Positions 49,787 through 58,890 of a stretch of 64,000 nucleotides of DNA are shown here, in pieces. The DNA comes from Verrucomicrobiota bacterium. Lineage in GTDB: Bacteria; Verrucomicrobiota; Verrucomicrobiia; Limisphaerales; Palsa-1400. Location of the stretch: NCBI GenBank assembly GCA_049510745.1, contig JBEKYR010000006.1, forward strand, positions 64,001 to 128,000, read 5' to 3'. A program made the position numbers and the translations under genes. The notes beneath the pieces were generated by a model that worked only from the letters and a program-made list of their open reading frames with translations, was not told where the DNA came from and ran no database searches. The stretch's first letter is position 1. Each line of letters opens with the position of its first letter.

Positions 49787-52566
49787 GGCTGGGTTTGCTT
49801 TGCAGCGGCAGGCGTGACTGCGACTGACGCGGATTGAGAATCGGTGTCGCGGGTGCGATGGGCGAAGGCAACGGTCTGGCAGAGGCCGATGACATCACGG
49901 AGTTTCTTCTCCGCTTTATCCAGTCGGCCGACGTAATCAGCTAACAGGCTGAGCAGTTGGTCCGTCACTTCATGCGACCAGGCCGGGCCACGCTGGCGAC
50001 CGCAGACAACAGCAAATTCCCGCTGGATGATTACGTCCGAGACAGCTTCAAATTCGGGCGTCGGCGTCGTTGTCGCCAGACCTGTATGCTGCGTCAAATA
50101 AGGGTCGAGCAACTCAATTACGCGATACGGAAACTTGCTGCTGAGTTGATCCAATGCCAGCGCTGCGGCGATGGCACGATAGAGGTCCAATCCCCCGCTA
50201 TCCCATTTGCAACCCCACTCGATGGTCTCGCCTGAGCGTTTGAAAAGGGTAGCCGCCAAGGCGCTGCGACCAAGTTGCTTCTTCCCGCGTTTCTCGGCGG
50301 CATGAGCGGCGCGGACGACGTCCTGTAGCGGTGCCTTGAAGTGCGCGATGGCAATGCCGACGGAACAATCCGCTGCTGGGCCGGGGACAAGGAAGGGAAT
50401 GGATCGTCCACGGCCATGATCATCCCGCCACCGGTCTGATGAGAGGAATCCTGGTTGTGGGCTAAGGAACAGCGCTTCCCCTTTCATTGCCTTCACCTTG
50501 CGTCCGGTGAAAGCCAACCTCAAAGCCTCTGAACACGCCAACGCGTTGTCGGCAGGCAGGAGCGCAACCACATCATCTCCGCCGGCGTAGATAAGGCGTC
50601 CGTCGAAGGCTTCGACAATGGGCCGGGCGCAGAGCAACGCAAAGTTGCTCAGGGCTTCGCTGAATTGGAGGTGGTAGCTGGGCGAAAGCGGACGAGGGGC
50701 ATTGAGGAAGTTCCCGAATTCAGATTTCTCAAAATAGGGCTTCGATCCAAATCGCTGGGTGTGGGACCCGTCGTGATAATCTGCCAATTGGCTCGCAAAC
50801 GGTGGTGTCTTCTCGCCGCTCACCCACTTGCCAATCTCATCGCCATCGCAGGTAAGCACGGCAAAATATTTTTCCGACGAGTCCATTTCTTCTGCCAGCT
50901 CGTTCTCGGCATCATCATCTCTGCCAAACGGATCGTGTGCCGCCAAACTGCGGGTGTTCGGCATCGGGAAGTGGTCGGAGCCGGTCTCCAAACTCCATGG
51001 ATACTTGGCGAGATAGGCGAAGTGCCACAATCGCTTCACCAACGTGGCTGCGCCCAGCCAATCGTCGTGCTTGAAAAAAGACTTCCAGGGGCCACGATGA
51101 GTCCTGGCGTGATCCTCGGCACGCTTCGTCCAAACCTGTCCGCCACCCACGGTTTCATCCCGTCCGGTCAGGGCGTCTTTGTTGTTGAACGTGCCGGTTT
51201 GCCAACCGCCTGTACTCGCGGCGCCGAAGTGGCGCGTTTGTCGAACAGCATCGAGCGCCCAACTGTTGAAGGCAAGAATGACGGACCAGGCAAGGCCGAT
51301 GTTGTTGAGCTTGTCCTTGGGGCCGTCTTTACCGCCAACGTAGTAACGTCCATCCCGATGTTCGACTGGCATCTGCCGAGTCGCCATGTCCACAATGGTC
51401 TGAACACGGTCGCGAGCCTTTTGAATCGGCATATCGGGATCGAAGCCATCGGCGAGTTTCAAGGCATCTTCCAAGGAGTTCGGCCAGGGCGTAGCCTGCC
51501 AGGTGAGCGAGAGGAACCGGGCGATCTGGGCGTCGAAGCGGGCCTTGCGGTCAAGCGCGGTGATGCCAATTTCGTCATTAGTCAGACCGGCCTCCTGGCA
51601 GGCGGACCAAACGGCTCCGGCGATGCGCTTCCATTCATCCTCGATGGCCTTCTTAACCGTCTCACCAAGTTCGGCTGCACGTTCTGCCGACACCACGGCG
51701 AGGAAAACATGCGGAAGGTTGGGCGTGAGCAGATCACGGGGCTGCCAGTTGAGCGACTCCCATACGGTCTCATCGCCGATTTTCACCTTACTCCAAAGCT
51801 CGTCGCGCCACTGGAGGTCGAAGAGCGGTTGTCCGCGCAGGTTCGGAAAGATCACCGCATCGGGACCGACTTCGGCGGCAAGCGCCTTAATTCCAGCGGC
51901 CATGAGCCACGAGAGGAGGTAGCTGCCGCTCCAAAGGTCACGAATACTTCGGGCAGCGGCGATGAAGTCCTGTACAGGGCCGATCTGGAACTTGAGAAAG
52001 GCCGGACGCCAGACTTTGTCATCGCCGCATCCATCAAGCGCCGAAACCACCTGCATGTGTGTCCAGATGGAGTGATCAGGGATACGGGTGTCTGCTGGCA
52101 ACCAAGCGAGGCGATAGTCCTTTTCCACGGCGTGCTTCGACCAGAGACGCCAGTGGGCAAAGAACCGCGCACGCCATCGAAGACTCTCCTCCGGCAGGCT
52201 GGCGAGCGATTCGGCGGTGAGCAGCGGCTGGACGGATTCCTCGCCTTCGATGCCTTGCTCGGCGGATTTGAATTCCGCATGGAAAGGCAGTTTGATGCCG
52301 TCAAGCGGATGAAGAAATCCATTGCGAATTCCGTCAAACGCGCAGTGAAGGCCACTGGCCTGAGATGCCGGAAACGGCAGCCGGTCAGCAGCAGCACCGG
52401 TGTGGTCAGCCAGTTTGAAGTAATCTCCGATTTCGGTGTCAATGAACCCCGCGCGGTGAAAAGCAGTGTCGGACCGTTCCCCATGGGTTTTGATGTCCAG
52501 CGCTTTGCTGGGCGGGTCATGCAGGTAGGCGGCGAGCTTGCGTTTCCAGAAATTCGTGTCGCTCAT
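49783..52566 (-). CDS. cas10: Type III-B Cas10/Cmr2
   Basis: LHDPP, PADTRIPDHSIW, IGPVQDFIAAARSIRDLWSGSYLLS, DGDEIG, LIYAGGDDV; start set at ATG 52566. Confidence 0.94.
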   Translation of the reverse strand: MSDTNFWKRKLAAYLHDPPSKALDIKTHGERSDTAFHRAGFIDTEIGDYFKLADHTGAAADRLPFPASQASGLHCAFDGIRNGFLHPLDGIKLPFHAEFKSAEQGIEGEESVQPLLTAESLASLPEESLRWRARFFAHWRLWSKHAVEKDYRLAWLPADTRIPDHSIWTHMQVVSALDGCGDDKVWRPAFLKFQIGPVQDFIAAARSIRDLWSGSYLLSWLMAAGIKALAAEVGPDAVIFPNLRGQPLFDLQWRDELWSKVKIGDETVWESLNWQPRDLLTPNLPHVFLAVVSAERAAELGETVKKAIEDEWKRIAGAVWSACQEAGLTNDEIGITALDRKARFDAQIARFLSLTWQATPWPNSLEDALKLADGFDPDMPIQKARDRVQTIVDMATRQMPVEHRDGRYYVGGKDGPKDKLNNIGLAWSVILAFNSWALDAVRQTRHFGAASTGGWQTGTFNNKDALTGRDETVGGGQVWTKRAEDHARTHRGPWKSFFKHDDWLGAATLVKRLWHFAYLAKYPWSLETGSDHFPMPNTRSLAAHDPFGRDDDAENELAEEMDSSEKYFAVLTCDGDEIGKWVSGEKTPPFASQLADYHDGSHTQRFGSKPYFEKSEFGNFLNAPRPLSPSYHLQFSEALSNFALLCARPIVEAFDGRLIYAGGDDVVALLPADNALACSEALRLAFTGRKVKAMKGEALFLSPQPGFLSSDRWRDDHGRGRSIPFLVPGPAADCSVGIAIAHFKAPLQDVVRAAHAAEKRGKKQLGRSALAATLFKRSGETIEWGCKWDSGGLDLYRAIAAALALDQLSSKFPYRVIELLDPYLTQHTGLATTTPTPEFEAVSDVIIQREFAVVCGRQRGPAWSHEVTDQLLSLLADYVGRLDKAEKKLRDVIGLCQTVAFAHRTRDTDSQSASVAVTPAAAKQTQP

Positions 52567-52844
52567 ATTCACGTGCCAGTCTGGCTCCAATCATCCCACA
52601 CGTCGATCTTGGGAACGTCCACAGACGTTCTTGAAAAGGCAAGTCCACCTCGCCAATGTGCGCTTGGCTTCGCGCGATAACTACCCGGTATCACAAATTG
52701 TGCTCATTGCACAAGCCAATTCTGCTCTCCAAGAACGCGAGCGTTGACGCGCATTCTTTGCGTGGCCACACGACGTGCGGTCCGCAAGGACCAGACTCTC
52801 GCGGAAATCCGCGCTCCACATTCATCCCGGTGCAACCGAGCCTC

Positions 52845-52956
52845 TTATTCTCACCTTCATTGGTCAAGACAAACACTGGAACCTACTGAAAACAAAGGGT
52901 TTCAATGCACATTACCCCATGAATTCCGTGGCTGTTATTCTCACTTTTATTCTCAT
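52845..52956. repeat. Three copies of TTATTCTCAY, resembling integrase arm sites
   Basis: 52845-52854, 52935-52944, 52947-52956 in an AT-rich stretch next to the tRNA-Gly fragment. Confidence 0.6.
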
Positions 52957-53019
52957 TCTGTGAGATTTGGGAATGTGTGAATTGCGTAAGTAATTGAATA
53001 TCAACGTACTGAGTTATGT

Positions 53020-53062
53020 TGGAGCGGGTGAAGGGAATCGAACCCTCGTCTCAGGCTTGGAA
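53020..53062 (-). pseudogene. 3' half of tRNA-Gly (att remnant)
   Basis: Minus strand TTCCAAGCCTGAGACGAGGGTTCGATTCCCTTCACCCGCTCCA: T arm, acceptor 3' strand, U discriminator, CCA; 5' half absent. Confidence 0.85.
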
Positions 53063-53104
53063 AGATTCGACTCGATCAAGCCGGATGATTCGGGCGGAAC
53101 CCGA

Positions 53105-53350
53105 TCATGCGCCTCCGAGAAATTGATGGATTTGAGGCCAGAGAGACTTGGCGGGCTTGTTGCGGTCGTGTTCCCAGTTTTTGAGCGTTCTCGCGCTGAC
53201 GTCAAACCTCGCTGCAACCACTTTTTGCGTCGCACCGACAGCCAATCGCTTATCCAGCAGCAACTTGCTCAGTGGCCCTTGCTGACTATCGAAAGGGGGC
53301 GAATCCTGTCTTATGGCCTTGATCAACAGATGGCAAAAGGGGCGCAGAAA
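53105..53350 (-). pseudogene. XRE-family helix-turn-helix fragment or small protein at the island end
   Basis: KRLAVGATQKVVAARFDVSARTLKNWEHDRNKP; start uncertain, frame runs through the att repeat. Confidence 0.6.
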
Positions 53351-53372
53351 GGACCCCTTCCGCCAATTTTTT

Positions 53373-53405
53373 GAAACCCCTGGTTTTTCAGGGGTTTCCT
53401 CTTTT
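53373..53405 (+). terminator. Intrinsic terminator, probably the original tRNA-Ser terminator
   Basis: Perfect 10-bp stem GAAACCCCTG/CAGGGGTTTC, 6-nt loop, then CTCTTTT. Confidence 0.8.
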
Positions 53406-53447
53406 GTATTTGACGCTTCTTTGGCAATTGTGTAACGACAGTGGCGG

Positions 53448-55448
53448 ATGAGCGCGCCACACCAAACCGCCGTGACCATCAGCCGGAGGCGCTTCCTGCA
53501 ATCGACCGCCCTCGCGGCTGGGGCGGCGCCCGTGTTCGGTTGGCCCGCCTCGGCTGAAGCGGAAGAGCCTGCGGCCTTCGGTTTTCATCGTTGGTTTCCG
53601 CAATTCCCCGCTCCCCGCCAGCTTTGGATCGTGCCCTATGCCGGCGACGCCGAGGAGGGGATGATTCTGGAATCCATCGCCGGCCTGACCGCGCTCGGAG
53701 TTTTGCAGGGCCACGGTGACACCTTGATTTTCGAAGACGTGCAGAATGACGGTTACCAGCGATGGTTTGCGGCCTATTGCGGCGCAAATTCGCCGAAACT
53801 GACGCGGATGAGTCTCGACGAGGCCGTCGCGCGCTTGCTGCTTGCGGGGGTCGTGCGGGGCTACATTTTGTTCCGGTTCGAGCAATCCGACAGACCCTTG
53901 CATTCGGCGGGCAAACTTGACCAAAGCGCCAACGTGGCGACCTCGCTGGTTTCAGCTTGGAAGTCCTTGGCGGTTTCCGAGCGCTTGGCCGGGCATGTCG
54001 AAAAGCTCGGCCTTAAACGATTGCTCGACGTGCGCGAACGCAGCGAACTGTGGTGCCTGTCGCAACAGGAATTCTCCCGCAGCGTGCTGGGAACCGCCGA
54101 CCCGAAAACGCGCCAGGCCCGCTCGCTCATGATCGCGCTCAACGCCTTCGTCTGCTCCGGCACGGGCGACGCGTATCAAAAAGGACTCGCCCGCTGTGAG
54201 GAGGATGTGCCGGTGCTGGGCTGGGGGTGTGACGCGGAAGACCGGCAGACCCTGTCGTCCTCGCGCTGGGGACTCTTTCAGACGGCGACGAACTGGTGCC
54301 ACAATCTTCCAGTGTTCGCCAGTGATGTCGTGGACAAATCCATTCCCGCGGACCAGTTGCGCGTCCGATTTGCTCCGCCCTGGTCAACCCTCGACTGGGG
54401 CGATGGCTTTCATCACGTGAACTTCACGTTGAGCGACGGCGACAACGTCCAGTGGATCATGGGCAACTTCACCGGCGGCAACGAAGCGCCCAGCTACTAC
54501 GGGAACCCGAAACGGGGCAGCATTCCTTTCACGTGGGGCCTTCCGGTGCCGTCGCTCTATCAACTGTCGCCGCGCACACTGGCTGAAATCCTGGCCAAAG
54601 CAACGGCGAACGACGACTTCGTACAGTTCCACGCCGGCGGTTACTTCTATCCTGACATGTATGGGCAAGCGCGCGGCACAACCCGTGCGCTTGAGCTTCA
54701 CGCCGAGCGCCTGCGCGCTTACATGGACCTGACCAACATTCGCATTATCGCGTTTAACTTCCAGGACTGGGACGGGGCCGCGGCGCATGCAGCCTGTGAA
54801 ATTTTCGCGTCAAAGTTACCCGGACTGCTCGGTATTCTCGCGTTCCAGTATTATCCCTATTCGGCGGGCCAAGGTGCCATCCGTTGGGTCAAAGGTGTCG
54901 GGGGCGACGAAGTCCCAATCGTCTCCTGCCGGCTGACGATCTGGGCGCAAACCGGACGGCCTCGCGACACAACCCCCGCCGCCGTTGCCGCGCACCTGAA
55001 TCGGCTGCCCACGGCCGGTGAAAAGGCAACCGATGATTCCTTCTCGTGGGTGATCGCGCATGCCTGGTCGCGTTTTCGCCGTGCCGGAAAGGAGGCGCCC
55101 CTCGACGCCGAAGAAACGGGCGTGGCGCAAGACAAGGCAGCTCCAGACACCGCGCGCGCATACGAACCCGTAGTGTGGGCGGTCGCTCGACTCGGACCGC
55201 AAGTAAAGCCAGTGACCGCGCGCGAACTGCTGTTGCGCGTGCGCTTGCGTCTTCGTCCTTATTGGACCCTGTCGCGCTGGCTGGCCGAAATTGGAGATGA
55301 AGCCAATCCGGGGACGCGGCCGCCCGCCTCCGCCAAGATAGCCGCCGAAGCCCGCGCCTTGCTTCCCCAGACGAGCCATGATGCCACGGCGGCCCGTCGT
55401 TGCTTTGAATTGCTTAAGCTTGCAGGCAGGGGACGGCGCCTCTTCTAG
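53448..55448 (+). CDS. Tat-exported GxGYxYP-family putative glycoside hydrolase
   Basis: SRRRFLQ Tat signal, PVLGWG, SDGDNVQW, GGYFYP. Confidence 0.75.
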   Translation: MSAPHQTAVTISRRRFLQSTALAAGAAPVFGWPASAEAEEPAAFGFHRWFPQFPAPRQLWIVPYAGDAEEGMILESIAGLTALGVLQGHGDTLIFEDVQNDGYQRWFAAYCGANSPKLTRMSLDEAVARLLLAGVVRGYILFRFEQSDRPLHSAGKLDQSANVATSLVSAWKSLAVSERLAGHVEKLGLKRLLDVRERSELWCLSQQEFSRSVLGTADPKTRQARSLMIALNAFVCSGTGDAYQKGLARCEEDVPVLGWGCDAEDRQTLSSSRWGLFQTATNWCHNLPVFASDVVDKSIPADQLRVRFAPPWSTLDWGDGFHHVNFTLSDGDNVQWIMGNFTGGNEAPSYYGNPKRGSIPFTWGLPVPSLYQLSPRTLAEILAKATANDDFVQFHAGGYFYPDMYGQARGTTRALELHAERLRAYMDLTNIRIIAFNFQDWDGAAAHAACEIFASKLPGLLGILAFQYYPYSAGQGAIRWVKGVGGDEVPIVSCRLTIWAQTGRPRDTTPAAVAAHLNRLPTAGEKATDDSFSWVIAHAWSRFRRAGKEAPLDAEETGVAQDKAAPDTARAYEPVVWAVARLGPQVKPVTARELLLRVRLRLRPYWTLSRWLAEIGDEANPGTRPPASAKIAAEARALLPQTSHDATAARRCFELLKLAGRGRRLF

Positions 55449-56914
55449 GCGGCCACGGGAGACGCCGACGAAACGGCGCGCGAAGCCGCCAGATCGACTT
55501 TCCGCTGGCGCAGGCTTCTGAAGAATTCGTAGCCTTCGCGGCAACGGCGGACAAACACGTCCTTGTCCTCGAGCATCGTCTTGATGATGCGCAGAATCGG
55601 CTTGGGGCGCAGATAATAGGCGCGGTAGAAGCGGTCCACCGCCGCGAAAATCTCGTCCTTCCCCAGGTTCGGGTACTCCAACGAGCTTTGCTGGAAGCCG
55701 TCGTCATGCACGATGTCGGTCTTGTCCTTTTTGGCAAACCAGCCGTTTTGCCGGGCCATTTCAAATAGTTCGGTGCCCGGATACGGAGCGGCCAGGGAAA
55801 CCTGGATGCTGAAAACATCCAGCTCCATGGCGAACCGAATGGTCTCCTCGATGGTCTGGGCCGTTTCCACCGGCAAGCCGAGAATGAAAGTACCGTGGAT
55901 GACGACGCCCGCTTCGTGACAGGCTTTGGTGAAACGCCGCGCTTCGTCCAATTGAATACCTTTTTTGATCCGGTTCAGGATTTCCTGGTTCCCGCTTTCG
56001 TAGCCGACCAGCAACAGCCGCAGGCCGGAATCCTTGAACGATTTAATCGTGTCGTAATCCAGATTGGCCCGGCTGTTGCACGACCATGTCAGGCCGAGCG
56101 GGGCGAGCTTCCTGGCGATTTCGCGCGCGCGCGGCAAATTGGCGGTGAAGGTGTCGTCGTCAAAGAAAAACTCGCGCACCTGCGGGAACAGCTTCCGGGC
56201 GTAGGCCATTTCGGCGGCCACGTTTTCCGGGGAGCGGACGCGGTATTTGTGGCCGCCGATGGTCTGCGGCCAGAGACAGAAGGTGCATTGCGCCGGGCAA
56301 CCGCGCCCGGTGTAGAGGCTCAGGTACGGGTGCAGTAAGTAGCCGATGAAATAGCGTTCAATCTGCAAATCGCGCTTGTAGGTATCGACGACCCACGGGA
56401 GGACATCCATGTTGGAAATCATCTCGCGCTCGCGATTGTGGATGATCTTGCCATCCGGAGCGCGGTAGGAAAGGCCGTCGATTTTCGACAAAGGGCGTCC
56501 TTCGGCGACTTCCTTGCAGGTGAAATCAAACTCCTTGCGCCCGACCCAATCGATGGACGGGGAGGCCTTAAGGGTCTCGGCCGGCAGCACGGCCGCGTGG
56601 GCGCCGACAAACCCGATGGTCGTGGCCGGATTTTGTTTCTTGATCGCCTCGGCTACTTTGCAGTCGTTTTTGAGCGAGGGGGTCGAGGTATTGATGATGA
56701 CGTGCTCGAAATCGCGCGCGATTTCCAGGCATTGCTTGACGCCGATGTCATGGGGCGGGCAATCGAGCAACCTGCTGTTGGGCACCAGGGCAGCGGGTTG
56801 CGCCAGCCAGGTCGGGTACCAATAGGAGGTGACCTCGCGCCGCGCCTGGTAGCGCGAGCCGGCCCCGCCGTCAAAACCATCGAAACTCGGTGGAGATAGG
56901 AATAAGGTTCTCAA
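55445..56914 (-). CDS. hpnJ: Hopanoid biosynthesis radical SAM protein HpnJ
   Basis: PPSFDGFDGGAGSRYQARRE..SYWYPTWLAQPAAL, CPAQCTFC; TTG start overlapping the hpnH stop. Confidence 0.93.
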   Translation of the reverse strand: MRTLFLSPPSFDGFDGGAGSRYQARREVTSYWYPTWLAQPAALVPNSRLLDCPPHDIGVKQCLEIARDFEHVIINTSTPSLKNDCKVAEAIKKQNPATTIGFVGAHAAVLPAETLKASPSIDWVGRKEFDFTCKEVAEGRPLSKIDGLSYRAPDGKIIHNREREMISNMDVLPWVVDTYKRDLQIERYFIGYLLHPYLSLYTGRGCPAQCTFCLWPQTIGGHKYRVRSPENVAAEMAYARKLFPQVREFFFDDDTFTANLPRAREIARKLAPLGLTWSCNSRANLDYDTIKSFKDSGLRLLLVGYESGNQEILNRIKKGIQLDEARRFTKACHEAGVVIHGTFILGLPVETAQTIEETIRFAMELDVFSIQVSLAAPYPGTELFEMARQNGWFAKKDKTDIVHDDGFQQSSLEYPNLGKDEIFAAVDRFYRAYYLRPKPILRIIKTMLEDKDVFVRRCREGYEFFRSLRQRKVDLAASRAVSSASPVAA

Positions 56915-58254
56915 GGCGTTTTCTTCTGGGCTATCTTCGTCAGCAATTCATCCCGTTGCGCGCTGTCGCCCGCGCCGCAGCCGCCGGCCTTGGCGTTAAT
57001 CGCCGCTTTGGCTTCCGCCAGGTGGCCCTTGCCGATGGAGAAGCCGTTGAAGGCGTTGACCGAGCGGCCTTCGTAATAGGGCTTGGGCTTGGCGCTGAAA
57101 TTGTAGGCCATGTTCTTCCAATTGTCCCGCGGGCTGCTGCTCAGGGCGCCGCTGGGATCGTAGCCGCAATGCACCATGCAACTCTCGCAGCGCGGGTCGC
57201 GCGCCACCCCGTCCACCACGCCGTATTTGTTCCAATCCACCTTCTCCAGCATCTCCTGGTAACGCGGATAATGGCCGTCGGTCATCAGGTAGCAGGGCGC
57301 TTTCCAGCCGCGGACATTGCGCGTGGGGATGGCCCAGGCCGTGCAGGTCAACTCGCGTTTGCCCGCCAGAAATTCCTGGTAAACCCGCGTGCCGATGATC
57401 GTGAAACGGTCGCCCCATTTCTCCATGTCCTTGAATTTCTCCGTCGTCATCTTCCGTGTCAGGAAGAAATCCTCCGGCTTTTTGCCCAGCCGTTTCATCA
57501 TGTCTTTCTTGGCCGCGTCATATTCATATCCCGGCGAAATGGTGTGCGCGTCCACTTCCAGGGACGAGAAAAACTCGAACATCTCCTCGATTTCCTTGAC
57601 TTGCGTTTCCTTGTAGACCGTCGTGTTGGTCGCCACCTGGTAGCCGAGGATTTTCGCCATTTTGACCGCTTCGACGCATTCCTTGAACACCCCTTCCCGT
57701 TCCACGATCAAGTCGTGGGTGTATTCCAGCCCGTCGATATGGACATTCCAATACATCCAGCGCGAGGGGCCAATGACCGGGCGGGCGTCCGATTTGCCTT
57801 TGCGGATGGTTTCCGCCTCCTTTTCCGTGACCAGTTTCTCGTCCAGCAACCGCTTCAGCACCGGCTCCTGTTTCCGGTTGTAAATGGCGGCCAGATAATC
57901 CCGCATTTTTCTGCGCATGAACATCCCGTTGGTGCAGATATAGACAATGCGGCCCTGCTTGAGCAAACCGGCCGTCAACTCCTCGATCTTGGGATAAATC
58001 AACGGCTCGCCGCCGCAAACGGACACCATCGGCGCGTCGCACTCCTCGGCCGCGCCCAGGCAATCCTCCAGCGGCATCATGTCTTTGAGGCTGGTGGAGT
58101 ATTCGCGGATGCGCCCGCAGCCGGTGCAAGTGAGGTTGCAGGTGTGGAGCGGCTCCAGTTGGAGCACCAAGGCAAACTTCGGCGTGCGCAACAACACCTT
58201 GTGTTTAACAATATGGGCGGCGATCTTCGCCGTCAGCGCGAGTGGAAATCGCAT
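56911..58254 (-). CDS. hpnH: Radical SAM adenosyl-hopene transferase HpnH (DUF3463)
   Basis: LVLQLEPLHTCNLTCTGCG, GGEPL, PCYL, RCESCMVHCG. Confidence 0.87.
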   Translation of the reverse strand: MRFPLALTAKIAAHIVKHKVLLRTPKFALVLQLEPLHTCNLTCTGCGRIREYSTSLKDMMPLEDCLGAAEECDAPMVSVCGGEPLIYPKIEELTAGLLKQGRIVYICTNGMFMRRKMRDYLAAIYNRKQEPVLKRLLDEKLVTEKEAETIRKGKSDARPVIGPSRWMYWNVHIDGLEYTHDLIVEREGVFKECVEAVKMAKILGYQVATNTTVYKETQVKEIEEMFEFFSSLEVDAHTISPGYEYDAAKKDMMKRLGKKPEDFFLTRKMTTEKFKDMEKWGDRFTIIGTRVYQEFLAGKRELTCTAWAIPTRNVRGWKAPCYLMTDGHYPRYQEMLEKVDWNKYGVVDGVARDPRCESCMVHCGYDPSGALSSSPRDNWKNMAYNFSAKPKPYYEGRSVNAFNGFSIGKGHLAEAKAAINAKAGGCGAGDSAQRDELLTKIAQKKTP

Positions 58255-58261
58255 AATAATT

Positions 58262-58504
58262 TCAGTCTAATAGAGCCAATTCCCGGTCGAACGCAACCGG
58301 CGGCGGTTGAATGGGTTGAGGGGAAATTGTTTTGGTTTCAGCGAAACCCGGCAGGAGGAACATCAAGGGCGAGATACTTTGGGACGTGGAGATGCCCGCG
58401 CACCCGGCGCCGATCAACACAATGACCGACCCCAAAGCCAAGCACCTGAAGATGGAACGAACCTTCACTGGGCCAAATCTAAGGGGTCTTGATGGTCTTG
58501 GCAA
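58262..58504 (-). CDS. Small putative lipoprotein
   Basis: Hydrophobic stretch ending GAGC; start uncertain. Confidence 0.45.
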   Translation of the reverse strand: MPRPSRPLRFGPVKVRSIFRCLALGSVIVLIGAGCAGISTSQSISPLMFLLPGFAETKTISPQPIQPPPVAFDRELALLD

Positions 58505-58618
58505 CCTTTTATTGTCGGCCTGAAACTGTAAGGGGAACCCCTACACTGGGCGCTGGCGGGCAGGCGGGCCAAGCCCCCGTGGGATTGACAAGCCGCTGAC
58601 CTGGGGCAAACATGAGAC

Positions 58619-58888
58619 GTGGACATTCACGAACTCGTCATCGAAATGAAGCTGCTGGAACGCCGCTTGACCCTTTACGAGGAGAAGTACGGGGTGTTGA
58701 GCGCTGATTTCTACGCTGCCCTCATGGGCGGCCAGTTGGCCAGCTACGATGCTTTCGATGAAAGTCGCACAGACTTCAGCCGTTGGAAGGGAATTTACGA
58801 GACGTGGCTGCGGCGCAAGGAAGCCTATGCGCGACAACTCCAGGAGCGGGGTTTGGCGGAAACTCTGCGTGTGCAACCAGCCTACTGA
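58619..58888 (+). CDS. Putative antitoxin, TumA-like (DUF6516-associated type)
   Basis: L..YEEKYG..S..FY....G.L.......DF..W pattern; TTGACA at 58585. Confidence 0.6.
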   Translation: MDIHELVIEMKLLERRLTLYEEKYGVLSADFYAALMGGQLASYDAFDESRTDFSRWKGIYETWLRRKEAYARQLQERGLAETLRVQPAY

Positions 58889-58890
58889 GG

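Larger units (their letters stand above)
39581..53370. mobile_element. Degenerate genomic island integrated at the tRNA-Ser 3' end
   Basis: Exact 18-bp direct repeat ACCCCTTCCGCCAATTTT at 39581-39598 and 53353-53370; terminator after the right copy; truncated mobility and defence genes inside. Confidence 0.85.

Noticed and set aside
52570..53020. CRISPR array or leader upstream of cas10
   Set aside because: No regularly spaced 25-40 nt repeats here or anywhere else I scanned; only 10-nt motifs.
53020..53100. Intact tRNA-Gly
   Set aside because: The 5' acceptor strand, D arm and 5' anticodon stem are missing.
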